From assembly GCA_973895155.1 (NCBI GenBank), contig OZ316894.1:22876709-22940708 (forward strand): a stretch of 64,000 bases of DNA, given 5' to 3'. Within the stretch, counting starts at the first letter, position 1; the number at the start of each line of letters is the position of its first letter. Shown here piece by piece: positions 47,301 to 60,414 of the stretch. The DNA comes from Marsupella aquatica (taxonomy: Eukaryota; Plantae; Marchantiophyta). The notes below the pieces were generated by a model. It saw only the letters and a program-made list of their open reading frames with translations. It ran no database searches and was not told where the DNA came from. Both the position numbers and the translations under genes were made by a program.

Positions 47301-50300
47301 TCCGACTTGCAATGCTGAACCCCTATTATTTATTGTAGCAATGTAGGGTACAGCTAGTGTACCAACCTGCCAAAAATTGGCCGCTATTGGGAGGTATACC
47401 AAACCCCGGGCAGAAAAGCATTGCCATAAGAGATGCTCATAAAATCCTAAGCATATATATAAAGACACTACAAGAGGAAGCAAACTTCACCTGAAGGGCC
47501 TTGGTTTTTGTTTTGGGTTAGGCTGTCTGCAATGGGGCTTTCAGCTGTTGTCCTGTCTAGCCCCTGGGGATCTTGTGGCCTCTGCCTTCACTGGTTTTGC
47601 CATGGGCTGTGGTTCATAAACAGTGCACTGCCACCTTTAACTATAAAGTATAAAATAATTAAAACAAGGAGAATTTTATGAAAAAATAGGACAACTATTT
47701 GACTGAAATTTGAGCTGAGATAGTGGATACGTGACTTTACCCCCAATGATTAGAAAATTTATGAATACCTTGCAGTAGCTGCAACCAATTATCTGTAGTT
47801 CCAAGTCAATCTGGCGCTTTAAAAGAAAGTTTCATTCTTTGGAAGATGTCCAATTAAATCTCTTCTACCACTGAGACTGGGCCACAATGGCCATTGAATT
47901 GATATTGTGGATCCATAATATACATTTTGCTGCCCATTCATGTAAATGGTGACGAGGATTCTCCACCTCGATTTTGTATGATGATGGGTTCCTCCCCTCC
48001 CCCCCCCCCCCCCCTCCCCCACCCTTTCCCCCCTTTTTATAACCAGTTCATTTATTTATTTTGCCTTGCTTATCCAACGAGTGTCATGTGTGAAGAAAGG
48101 TGATCATGAATTTTCTCCCTTTCTGAGACTTGCTCTTATCTTGCATCCTCACAAAAAGGTATCTCATGATCAATTTGGACAGAGTTAGTGCCCCTTTCAG
48201 CAAAGGTACTAGGAGAACTCATTGTTCTCATGGAATCATGCTCTCTGAAAGATGCTATGGATTCAAGGGAGTACTAGGGAGTCTCAAAGTCTCAAGTTAA
48301 CAAGATACGGCCCTCCCATATCTCCAATATTATGTGAACTCCCGTAAAAATTATGGGAACCAATCTTCAGCTATCTTAAGCAAAACCCACAGGCTCAACA
48401 CTTAACCCGTAACTTTCCCGCATCTTTAGGCATGTCCGGAAATCTAGGATTTCAGAACTCTGGAAAGTTGACTCTGAAAGCATGTGGGCTTTACGTGTGA
48501 TGTGGTGATGGTTGCTGCATTTGAGGTGGCGGCTGATCAAGAATGGAGGAAAAAAGAATATAGACTATGAGACATGTGAGGCACTCTAACTCCTGCATTA
48601 TGGGCAGGTCAATGCTACCTCCCCCCGTTTTAAATTTGTTTAACTGGGTCCCATAACTCTGGTTATGGGATATACCACAAATCCGTAAATTTCACTAATG
48701 ACCCAATTTTGAGACGCCCTACTCTAAAGTCTATATTCATCCCAAAGCATCATTCTGTTGAAACTTTCGGCAATAGGTTCTATTCTACATGTAAGTGGGT
48801 TCTATGTCAAAACACTTTGAGTGGGTAAAATTTGTATCTGCCACATGTACTTGTGGTTATTGTAGGAATTATATGAACCTGGGGTTTTCCCTACCTGCAA
48901 GCTAGTTGCACCTCAAGCTAGTAGCACAGATTGCTCAAAGACAATTTAATTTATCTTTTAACAAAATGAATGCTTTGTAAAAGGAAAACAGCTTCAACTC
49001 GCATTGTAGGCTTCCTTTCTGGCCATAAATGGTACCATTATATTAACCAATACAGACCCAGAGATATTTGGCCCTCTAAGCTGGGTTGAATCCGTGAGAG
49101 GCAGCAACCAGATGGGCGCAAAGGCACCAGGCCAACGCCACCGAAGGGGCACCAAGAGAGGTGAGCCAGCGTTCTGGACTAAGGAACTAGCATGGGGGTG
49201 AAAGAGAAGAAGAAATGAGAAGAAGAGAAAAGTCTAAGCGCAAATCAAAGCTAGATTAACAGTCGAGGTAGAGATAATTCTAGGCAAGGAGCACCAAAAG
49301 ACATTTGACTGAGACAATCTACACAAACCTCTCCCCATGGTGGCGTTAATACCTTCAACTGTAAGCTTCGAGTCCCCTTCTACATTTGGTTGTCCTAGTA
49401 ATTAGCACTATAAACTTTATTTCTTTTTTTAACACCACTCAACACCATGACTGTATCTGAGGTTGAAGTCTTTCCTTACCCCTGCCTTGTCCTTTGTTTC
49501 CACCCTTCATTGGGCTTCTTGCCATTAGGATTTGTCTCCCGGTGTGAGGCTGTGTTCCTTGGCAGCGTTATATACTTTACTTCGCTGGGCACTGATACCC
49601 AAATCCCTCCGTCTGAATGATAATGAAATTGAAATCCTTACCTTAGCCCTTGAAGGCAGCTCGACACTCATCCAGCACATTATTGGTAGCCCATTCAGTC
49701 GAAGCTTGAACTTTTACTTGCAGTGTGCATGCCAGTAAGATGCAAAATAAATTTAGTAGGCTCCTTGTTTGAATAGCCATTGAAAGCCTTGATATATTCA
49801 GTACGTACGTGTAAAAAATTCCGTGATCAATAGAGAATGGTATCGGGCCCCACTTTGACGGTTGAGCTTCACGAGTTTTCCAGGTAGGTAAGTACTGTTG
49901 AGAATCACTGCCAATGTGTACATTCTACCCTTTCCTTTCCATGCCCATTTTGACAGATTCTGACAAATCGTGATTAGTAATTGTCCTTCACATCCCATTA
50001 TCCCCGAGCGAAAATGAAGACTAATTTTCAGTTTTGCTAGAAAATCGCAGTGCTTATCTGTAATCACGAGAAACGTCAATGAGGTAGGGCAAGAGAAGAG
50101 ACACTGAAAATACTTAATACTGACAGATGTTCCAGGTCGGACATTTGGTTGAGTTGGTGAAAAACACTCCTTGCTCTGGTTGTTTTACAAGGATTATCTC
50201 CAGGTCTTGCCTCCTGAGGGCCTTTCTGGTAGTTAGTCAGGAGTTACGTACGAGAGACGGCAACTCCAACCATGGCAAAATGAAGATCCCAACACCATCA

Positions 50301-51914
50301 ACTACAGCCAATTCTCCCTGGCACTGGAAGATGGTTTTCTTCATAGTTCCAGGTGACTCTGAATGTAGAACCAAACCATGCAAAACAGGCTGAAATCCTG
50401 AAAATATAGATTTTTCTCTTACAGTGCACATCACAAAATACACTATAACTGACAACTCCAAAAGATAGTGGTCACAACGACCTGTCGTGTTACCGTAGCC
50501 AATCAAGAGGCCTAGTCAACTACGAGCAAGAAAGCCATCAAAATGTAGAGCTTTTCACAGGCGCTATGGTTAAATAGTCGTACAGTCCAAAGTCTCAAGA
50601 CATATCCCTTCCATCCAAAGGGCTAAAACTAAATACATGAAGAAATTTCAGGGTACGAAAGCTAGGGAAACATTCTGAGTTTTACGTTTCCATCAATAGT
50701 TCCATACAATGGTTTCTCTTCTGGATACTACCTATGTTTTTCTTCACTTTTCATCACCTTCTGGTCAAAGGGTTAGAGTTTATTAACCCAACGCTGAGTA
50801 ACCCCATTCAGCTTTTCTCTGGTCACATGATTACAACCCTGTGTGCCCAGACTCTCATGATTTCACATAGTTAATTCTTACATGATTAATTCATTGAGGC
50901 ACAGATATGATATGACTGTACCCTAGCACAGATTTCTAGTGGCTTGGAAATCCCCCTCTCTTGAAAATAGAGAGATCGCCATACAATTAAAAAAGTTCCC
51001 TAGCTCGGCTTTCTTATCTACATTATTCATACTCCTACAAAGTTTCAGGCGCTATTAGATCATGGGATCGACTCACCTTAGTTGCAGTTTCCTCCTACAG
51101 GATACTTTAAAGGCAATCATTACAAGCGCTACATCTCTTGTTTCTACTTCTGAAATCCAGAGTCGAAGGTTATTGCACTTCTGTTGATTGGTTTCTAGTA
51201 TCGTGTAGAATGGAACAGGATAGGTTTACATTTCGCCCTCCTTCAGACCTTACGTTCAATATTCCATCCGTCGAAATTTTGAATTTGTCTAATCATGCAT
51301 TCAGGGATAATTTACACCCACTCTACCTCGTTGGCTACTGTGCTTTTCCAAAGGGAGATTTCTTGCGCTCCTTGTATCTAAGTATACGGGTTTAAGCTCT
51401 TCATGGCCAACCCAGCAATCCATGATTTCTTTAACCTACATTCAGAGCGACTTTAGAGCTTTCCATTGGCTAGGGGTTGAGAAAGCATGTTAATTCCACA
51501 AAACAAGTGAAACACCATCACCCTTCAAAAGAGGGCACCTCCCATTTGCTTTAACCTACATGAGGTCTCTTTCACCGCATAAAGTGGCCTCTGCAGTGGC
51601 ATAGGTCACATATGACCACCTATGTACAATTATTTAGAGATTTGCGGGAGAACACGCAAATAAAGATCAAGTGCAGAACAGAGGTTCAATGGCAGACTAA
51701 ATGTCATGAACCCATCCTGCAAGTACTATACAAAGTTTTCATCATATACACTAAAGTCTCTTCAAAACTTACACTCCCAGTAGGCCCAAAAGCTTGTGTT
51801 GACGGAATGCGATATAACCATCTCCTCAAAGAACTTCGGTCAAGGTAATCAACTCCCTATACAGCAATACCGAGTGCCGGCACGGTAAATATATGCGGAT
51901 CAGACTTGAAATTG

Positions 51915-53860
51915 TTATAGGGGGCGGATATGACAGCTGCAAAACAATACGCCCGGTGCTGTCAGTCACAGTTGAGAGACCGTATCAAAGATTTGCATAT
52001 ATGCATCTGATGTTCGATCCCTGCCCCTACCAACGACACTCACAACAACTCTCGACCTGCTTCACCACCTTCGGCTTGACCAAAAAAACTTATTGAATAC
52101 TGTTCCTGACCAATAGCTCCCCAACCCCTCTCCTTACCACCCAAACCCCCTCCTTGTGACTAATGCACAACCCAAGTGATGGAATTGGGTATCGCATCTA
52201 TCATTGTGACAGGAATCCAACTTCATTCGCGACCAATGAGAAGCCAAGCAAAGAGAAGCCCTACCCAAGCAAGCCTCGTCCTGACCATTGACGAGGTGTA
52301 AGCGATAAGTTAACTGGAACCCCTTGCCGTAGGACCACAACCTGGATAGATGAACCTTGATTCTGCTGTCCTTCCAAGGCAAGTCTGGAAAGCAGATTAT
52401 CACCACCCTCCACTCGTCCAAATTTCACCAACAAATCCCCCAACATGACCCCATCCTTTTCTGCTGGTGATTCTGCCGAAATTTCATCAAAAACTGCAAA
52501 AGGTATTTTTGGCTGGGTGTCCTCGTCCATATGGACAGCGACGTCAGCACCATTTGTGATGGCTGATTCTGATGACTGGGCAGCAAAGGGAAACCTTTGA
52601 GGCCGGGATTCTTCACCATGAGCTATATGACAACATTTTCACCATTAGATATGCATATATTAAACTGTTAACACTCAGTCGAGAAATAACTACTGTGGCA
52701 TTAATCCACAGACCGCACCGGACCAGATCAGACCAGAATGACAGAATTTATAAAGATCCAACCGACATAAATTGGAAAACCTTGCTTAAACAACGGCCAC
52801 CATAGCCCTTCGTTCTACTTGCTGGCATTATGCCCTTTGAGAAAAATGCCTCAAACCTCTTAACCGAAGTCAAGGACGTGGAGATCTTACCTGTCCGCTT
52901 CTGAGGTAGGCTCGAATCTCTCATTAAAGCACCTGAATGAAGGATGTGAAGATTTTGCTCAATCTTGCTTGTAACCTCCTTGTGATCATTCCGAAGCACT
53001 GCACATTGCCAGAAACGATCTCAGCCACAGACATCCAAATCAGGCTGAGCTACTAAAAACTGCTTAGCCGTCCATTCCAGCATCAATACAGCTTCGCAAA
53101 GGCGGCAAGGGATTCTCCTCAGTCTCAACTTACATTCCCATCTCAAAAATTAATGTACAATTACCCTTTGAGAGCACTACGATAAGTTGAAAGAACAATT
53201 ACCCGATAATCTTTGCCGGTCTGCACGAACTGCAGGGATATCAATGTCAGCTCTGGGAAAACCCTGTCAGTATGACCACTAAAGCTATTACTTCCCTCGC
53301 TTCGCAATCTCGAGTCTGTTTTTCTCAGAAAAGTCCAATTCCCTTTACTCTCAGTCAAAAGATTAAGGCCCAAATGGCAAACAGATGGAAAGGAATAATC
53401 CCAGTTTCGCCTCGACACAGGAACAGAGGACAAGTCCCCAGCACTGGTCGTATGCGTTGTAGAAATCATTTGAAGCGCTCAAGCCATGAGAATATGAAAT
53501 GATTCACTGATTGCTTTCTTCCTTCCTTTCTTTGCTATTACGTTTGAGGTCAACAATTCTGTACCATATTGTCTATCCAACAGACAACCTCAACCCTAAA
53601 ACATCGTAGCATCAAGCGTTCATGGATTGACAGAAGGCATTTACAAGTTGAGTGGCAGAATGTCGATTTCACAGTCAAGGGTAGAAGAGGAAGCGAGGGC
53701 AGAGAGAAAGAACACTGACATCTTTGTCGACCAAATTTCCGCTGAGGCCGGGCCCATTGGGACGGCAGAGCCGAGAAATGATGACTTCCAACTCCGCCTC
53801 TATACCTGTCCTCTTCTCCATCAGAGTCATTGTTTCTTGCTTCACATTCGTTCCCACCAT
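51915..53860 (-). CDS. PSMD9: 26S proteasome assembly chaperone PSMD9/Nas2/p27 (PDZ-like); exons 53860-53720, 53263-53203, 52998-52891, 52622-52265, 51936-51915
   Basis: MVGTNVKQETMTLMEKRTGIEAE..GPGLSGNLVDKDGFPRADIDIPAVR..LRNDHKEVTSKIEQNLHILHS..PFAVFDEISAESPAEKDG..GDLLVKFG..LTPRQWSGRGLLGCHIRPL*. All GT-AG and in phase. Confidence 0.95.
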
Positions 53861-54651
53861 CTTGCTTCCGCCTCTCACTGCCTCTCTCCGATTCAGATCT
53901 TAAATCCGTCAGCGTCCTCCCGTTCCTTTCTCTTGTTTCTTTCGTCCCTACTCGAATTTTCCAACGATAATCCGCCTAGCTATGAGGAAAAAGGGAATTG
54001 TCTACCAGAGGGCTGCCGATCCTCTAGGCAAAGGTATCCGATCGACAAGCAGTGCCTGTGAAAAACACAAAACGACGACAAAAATGAACCGTATATCATT
54101 GACGTCCTCGAAGACAGGACTTGAGCTCTACAGTTGAGTCCTCTTTTAACTAACTCGCAAACGGAAAGTGACAGGCGACATCTACAAAAATTATAAACAA
54201 GAGCTGCAACAACCCCAAAGCCAAAAACCAATTATTCCCAAGGAGGTGGACTAATCTAGGTCTAAGGGCACTAGACAGATGAACTAGAACTCACATTAGA
54301 GCAAATTGTGCAAAATAATTATCCCACGAAAAGTCGATCAAATCCTGGTCAAGGAGAATCGGGAAAGAGGGGGAGCGAAAGGAATGATCTTGCGAGAGGG
54401 CTACAGTAGCTTGCACATTTCGAGTACAACATAGGACATGAGCGTTACGTTCTGGAAGAAATGCGATTTGTTCGAGGAAGCAATGGGAACGACAAGACTT
54501 AATTTACGGATCAGAAGGAATAGAAAGACTTACCTCGACTATTGCGAAGAAAAGGGTGACCGCATTGACGAAATTGCCGACCGCACGAGGCGTCGTGCGA
54601 CATACCCAGCACATCAGAATTGGGTTCTTCAGCACTTTTAGAGGAGGGCTC

Positions 54652-54655
<4 letters not shown>

Positions 54656-54690
<35 letters not shown>
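54656..54690. repeat. (CT)n microsatellite upstream of PSMD9
   Basis: About 17 CT units. Confidence 0.9.
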
Positions 54691-54691
<1 letters not shown>

Positions 54692-54819
54692 GGGATCGTG
54701 GGACTGCAGTACTGTACTGCGCTCACTACGGTACTCACTACGGTACTGTATTACGACTGCAGTAATGTAGGGATAACGAGGTTCCTGAAGATATATAGTT
54801 ATTACCTATCTATCTAGTT

Positions 54820-56460
54820 ATATCTTGCTAATAAATCGTGATCGCAAGCTAGGGGTCCAGGGTTCTAGATGAAGCCTCTAAACTCTGCCTCTAGGGACCC
54901 CACCAAAATTTGGGCATAGAAAGAACAATGGGATATGTGTATTTCAAAATGAAGCATGATGGTTTTTGTTAATATTCAAAGAATTTCAAAGAATGGGCAT
55001 TCTGGCGGGCTTACTAATAAATGGAGACAAGAAACTGGAGTTGGAGTCTAGGTTTCTAGAGGGAACTAGTAACCTCTATCTAGAATTAGTATCTATCTAT
55101 CTATCTATACATATTCTTAGATTCACTATCTATCTTTGAAATTCTATCTATCGATCTATCTATCTATCTTAGAACTATCTATCTAGAATTAGTATCTATC
55201 TATCTATCTTAGAACTATCTATCTAGAATTAGTATCTATCTATCTATCTATCTAGTTACATCTTACTAATAAATGAAGATGAGAAGCTAAAGTTGGGGTC
55301 TGGGCTTCTAGAGTGAAGCCTCTAGACCTTGACTCTAGGGCCTTACGTCATGTATAATTTATGTGCATGGAAATAACCATGAGATGTTATGTATGATAAA
55401 ATGATGATCATGCATGATTTGTCATCATCGAGCTATTAATATTCAAAGAATGGGCATTCACACTCATAATCCCTATCAAAAGCTACTCCTGTGGGCCTAT
55501 TGCTTAGGGTGAAGCCTATAGACCGTGACACTGGGAGCATAGCTCAAATTGGGGGTGTAATGGAAAATGGGGAGTGGGGGCCACAGTTGAGGATGACTCT
55601 CTGGAAATGGCATAACAGGCTTGAGTGATCATGTAATCACAATCCCAAGCTTCTCTTCAAGGGCTATTGTCTACTAGAGTGAAGCCTCTAGACCAAACCT
55701 CTAGCTCGGGGCATAACTGAAGTTGAGAGTGTGAATGGGAAAATGGATATTGGGGGCAGCGTGAGGGTGAGTCTACAAAAATAGCACAGCGGGCTTGAGT
55801 GTCATCATGTCTATTTATGATCAAAGAATGGGCACTTAGGCTAGTCTAATAAAGTGCAAAATTAAAAGCTTGGATAATGGCCTACAATCTAGAGTGAAGT
55901 CTCTAGACCATGACCTTGCGGGCAAAAATTGGTGTTTATTATGGTGCCATAGATTTGCTCGATTAGAGCTTGTTGACGAGTCTTGGTAGATTTTGGTAAA
56001 ATTTGCAGAGCTTGTTTTTTTTCTTTCCAGTAGCCAGGTTCCCATCTAACAATAGGCCATTAGCCAGAATCTGACGGTAAGTTATCCCAAGGAGACCTAA
56101 CAGTCAGAAATTCCTCTAAGAAAATCAGACAAGGAATGTTCTGAGCATCTTCTCCTTAGTTTACACAGGGGGCCATTTGCCTCCTTGGTGTTAAAGAAGA
56201 AACCCCAAAAAATAACATTGGGCACAACTACAGTTGGGGTGGGAGCTGGAGTGGTAATCACCATCTATTTATGGGCAAAGCTAGGGCATTCAGGCTGATC
56301 TAATTAATAATCTGTGATTGAATTAAAGTTACACTCTCAAACCTATGGTCTAGAGTGAAGCCTCTAAACGGTGACCCTGGCAGGAGTGCCAACAAGTTTT
56401 GAGGTGATGCAACAAATGGGGCAGGCTGGACCTGACCAAAGTTAGGGCATTCGGTCTAGT
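54820..56460 (+). mobile_element. Cluster of head-to-tail non-autonomous Helitron-like units with (TATC)n spacer
   Basis: Starts TCTTRCTAATAAA (54823, ~55010, 55261), shared TAGAGTGAAGCCTCTAGAC core, ends GGGCACTTAGGCTAG|T (~55844) and GGGCATTCGGTCTAG|T (~56459, after hairpin CCTGAC-CAAA-GTTAGG). TATC repeats at 55075-55255. Confidence 0.65.
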
Positions 56461-57327
56461 CTATCTACCACTATAATATGCAATCCTGGCAAAACTGCTG
56501 AGGAAACTCCCAACCGAATTGACTTGCCAAGAGTCACCTATTTTTTGTGAATTAAACTACTTTGGTCAAAGGATGTGAGAAAATGAGAGGACTGGCTGCA
56601 ATTTGGACATGACTGGACTAGCATCTCACACACTTGCACTTTTGCTCGGACTTTGCAATCTTCATAAATCTACTTATGAACAGTGTTTATTCTACGGGTC
56701 TTCATTGCCTTCAAATAAATTTATAAAAAGCCTAGGATGCAGTCTAATTTGAATACCAGTAGTTGCATTGAAGCATTAATTAATATGCACTTAATTAAGA
56801 AAACTACTTTTAGATAATAAATTACCATGCCATGAGGTAGTCTATTTGGATAGTAATATTTACTACAAAGGTGAGGGGGTTGGGCTATGCTGGAATATCT
56901 ATAATCATTGCATTTTGGAATTGTAATCTCCAGGAGTTATTGAACTTAAGCTACTTGCTAGCTAGTTTGTTCAACTTGACTCCATTAATCAAACTTTGTA
57001 CATGCTACAATTAATTAAAAGTTAATTTCTAGTTGGATGCATCAACAGTCTTAGTGTACACAACGATGAGATTGAGATTTACACATTAGAGCTCCCTAAT
57101 TTGATTTAAGGAAACCAGTCTTTTGGAACCTCATGGAACCAGTCCACACATACATTCTATTAATAAGTAGTTACAGCATAAATTTTACAATTTTGAGATC
57201 TGAATTGTAGGTATTGTCCAATGTACAGAATCAATGTAGGATTGTCCCTAAACCACTACCCTCTGTCTACATAAATTCAGGGCAAAAGCCCTCTGTTAAT
57301 ACAGCAAGGTTGTAGGGGACGCAAGTG

Positions 57328-58600
57328 CTACGAGAGAGAATCTGGGAGATCTTCCATGGATGTCCACCATGATCCCTTCCCTTTTGCATCTCTCCCCTTG
57401 TTCTCTCCCTTGTTCTTTGGTTTGGGAGAAGAACCTAAATCCTTCTTTGCAGCTCCCTTGGAAATTTTCCCAAAATGATTCGTAGGCACATAGAAACCAC
57501 TATAAGGATCTGGGTACCACCACTCTTCATTACTGGGACCTGGAGCACTTCTCACCTTCGTGAAATCCACCCTATAATTAGATTGTTTTTCTTGATATAT
57601 AGCCCTTTGAGAATCGGTTGTAGACTTTTGCTTGCTTTGAGAGTCACTTGAGGAACTAGGGCTTTTTATGACCTTTTCCATAGCAGGAAACGGGTCTATC
57701 GTTGGCTTAGGCAATTGTACTTGAATTTTTATAGGCTCTGTTACTTGAGTCTTTTTAGGCGGCAAACCACCCATGTCACTCTCAGGACAATCAGATCCAT
57801 CCTTTGGCCATTCTCTCCCACCTGGTGCTGGTCCTTTTGTATTGACACTCATGCATCGCCATCCATGTTTCCTAACAGATTCATCAATTCTCAGTTCCAA
57901 TAGTTAGTCACTTTGAACTAATCCAGTATACAGGCAGGTATTCATTTTAGTTAAGGCTATAAGATCATTCATGCCTGTGATGCATGGAATTGAATTGCTA
58001 AACCACGTAGTCTAATTTCCAGAATGTTGCTGAAGCTCTGATGTTGAGAATGTAATTGACTTCTGAATGCTCACAAGGAGCTAAGTAAAGAAACTCCTGT
58101 AGGGACTACAAAGACTTTTATATGCCTGACTTATATGGCTTGGTTTAAAAAATGAATTAGAAAAGGAAAAAGTAGCATAGGTTGTATACTGGATGCATGA
58201 AGACACTCTTAGCATTCTTGTGCTGATACTCAAGTGTGCACAACAACTCATCAATTTCTGACTCCATGCACTGCACATATGCTTTGTATCTTCACTGTCT
58301 ATTAGAAGTGTTTCAATTGTCAATCCTACTTAAAAATTCTTGGCAATTTATTGAGCCATCATTCAGCCGGCCACCAGAGAAACAGATTGATTTTCCATCC
58401 ATAAAGTGAGCTTGCTGTTTGAATGATTTGGGATTTTTGTGAAGAATTAGATAATACCTTAAACTTGTAAGATCATTTAAACTTGAAAACATGTCGTGAC
58501 GTTTCTGTGTCTTTCTTGTTTGATAAAAACATGGTTGGGAGGATTGCAGGATTAGACTTTGTCTTCCCAACCTCTGTAGGAGCATGCCCATTTCTATCAT
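57328..58600 (-). CDS. LEA3/SAG21-like protein with putative mitochondrial presequence; exons 58600-58458 and 57871-57328 (~228 aa)
   Basis: WWYPDPYSGFYVP matches the LEA_3 W-motif W.PDP.TG.Y.P. Exon 1 MGMLLQRLGRQSLILQSS is Arg/Leu/Ser-rich. AG|GTATT donor and TGTTAG|G acceptor join in frame. The start ATG is ambiguous (58600/58591/58585). Confidence 0.7.
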
Positions 58601-60414
58601 AGATTGCACATCTTCACATCAGGACGGAATGTGTGCAGTTAAAGGACATAACCTTGTCTTTTCATAATAGAATTTCCATTGTTAGTGGCAAGATGATGCA
58701 TTCAACCTACTGTACGTATGGAAGACAACAATCTGATTGCTAAGTTTGAATTTTGCTTTTGGTAGGTAACCCCTGTTTGAGAGATCAATGTTTTTTTCCC
58801 ATGTAGATCATATACGGGATCATAACTGACTTTTGTTTTGTTTAAATTTCCAACTATTTTTGAGTCTAGATTTACATATTATGAAGATGTCAGGAGGAAT
58901 TTATTTTTCTTGCCGGTTGGCAGGTTTGAATTTTAATTTTGGTAGTGAACCCTTTTTTAAGTGAAACATTTTTGACATACTTTGAATTTGAGCAGACAAC
59001 CAGCGTGAATTTTAGTGATTGTTTGTCATAATTGACTTTTGTTTGTTTTCCAAATGTTTTCTATACTCACACAAGAGAAATGTTACCACTAATTTCTTAT
59101 GGGCCAAAGGGTTTGACTGTCATTCCGCTCAGTGGAAATCATAAATCTTCTTTGATTAATGGTTGACTAAAAATACTGAACGTTTTCATTTTAGGGTCAT
59201 TATCTTTTCTGTGATTTCTTGACGGCATGCAATTTTAAGGGCAACCTCTTCTCCTAAGGCTATCAAATTTGGAGTCACTTGAACTAATATAGAACTTGTT
59301 CATTTCACACAATGCTTTTCAAAATAGATTTCAAACCATTATAATTGGGTTGTAGCTCATACCTGGCTATTGTATGGATGGTGGAAAGAGAGAGTCTACT
59401 AAGAAGGGTCTCAGCTTGTTGAACTACTATGACATTCCTCCACTATCTTTTCTAGAGGAACTGCTTGTACTAGAAAGTCGCAGAACTTGACTACCTTAAC
59501 ACTTAGCTCCGGCGTCGCTGACTCCGACGCCGAGCTCCCTTATGGTCCAGGCCCGGATAGGCCATCCGGGGAGGACTTAGCATGGGGAGACTTGTGGGCA
59601 ATGAGACGTGGCACTAGCGAGGCAAGGGGCCAAGTTGGGGACACACACTAAGGATTTGGACTAGCCTAGGGCTGGTAGGGTCAAGGGGAAATGGGCCGGG
59701 CTCAAGGATGGCCGTCCGAACCGTCGGAGGGGCTTTGAGTTCTGAGGGCTTGGGAGTGAGCTCCTCTTGGGCCCAAGGCCAATGGAGTTGACACCATTCG
59801 CAACGGACGCTTGGGGCGCAAGTTGTGGCCTGATCGGGTTGGGCCGATCAGGAGCCCTGAGCGGCGATCAGACCTGAGGGCCTAGGCATGAGCACTGGGT
59901 CGTCCCGGTCACAACGGGCTAAGGCACTCCGCTTGCGGATGCCTATCAAGAAAGTTATGGGCGTTGCCAATTGGTGGCGCGCCCATTATGCGCGATGGGA
60001 TCCGGGTTGGGGGCCAAATGTTTAGGGACCAAAGCTGGTCCGGGGGTGGCAGGTCCCCATAAGCATATATGAGGGGAGTGGTGTCTCCCTGGGGGCTAAG
60101 GGCGAGCCAAAGTCGTGAGCCGCAGCGGTCGCGACACTAAGAGAAGCCGCCAAACGGAAATGGCGATATCTTCCCAACGGGAAGTCCGTTGGAGGACTTC
60201 TTAGGTGCGTTGAAAAGCTCTTGAGGAGGGCTATGCCCTCCTGAGCTCAGTTGGGTCTGGGGGTGCCATGGGTTCTCGTGGTTTGCGGGTGTTAGCTCGT
60301 GTGATGCCTAGACAGGAATCACTCGGCCAGTTAAGTGGGTAAAGCAGGAAGGCACCCTAGGAACACCTTAGTATAGGGACAAAACAAGGAAAATATAAAC
60401 CATTAGGGGCAACC

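Noticed and set aside
59969-59990. TGGCGCGCC as a tRNA-Arg primer-binding site
   Set aside because: Only 9 nt match and it is not directly preceded by an LTR-terminal CA.
59505-60300. Hammerhead ribozyme/retrozyme
   Set aside because: No CUGAUGA...GAAA core found by eye in a suitable stem context.
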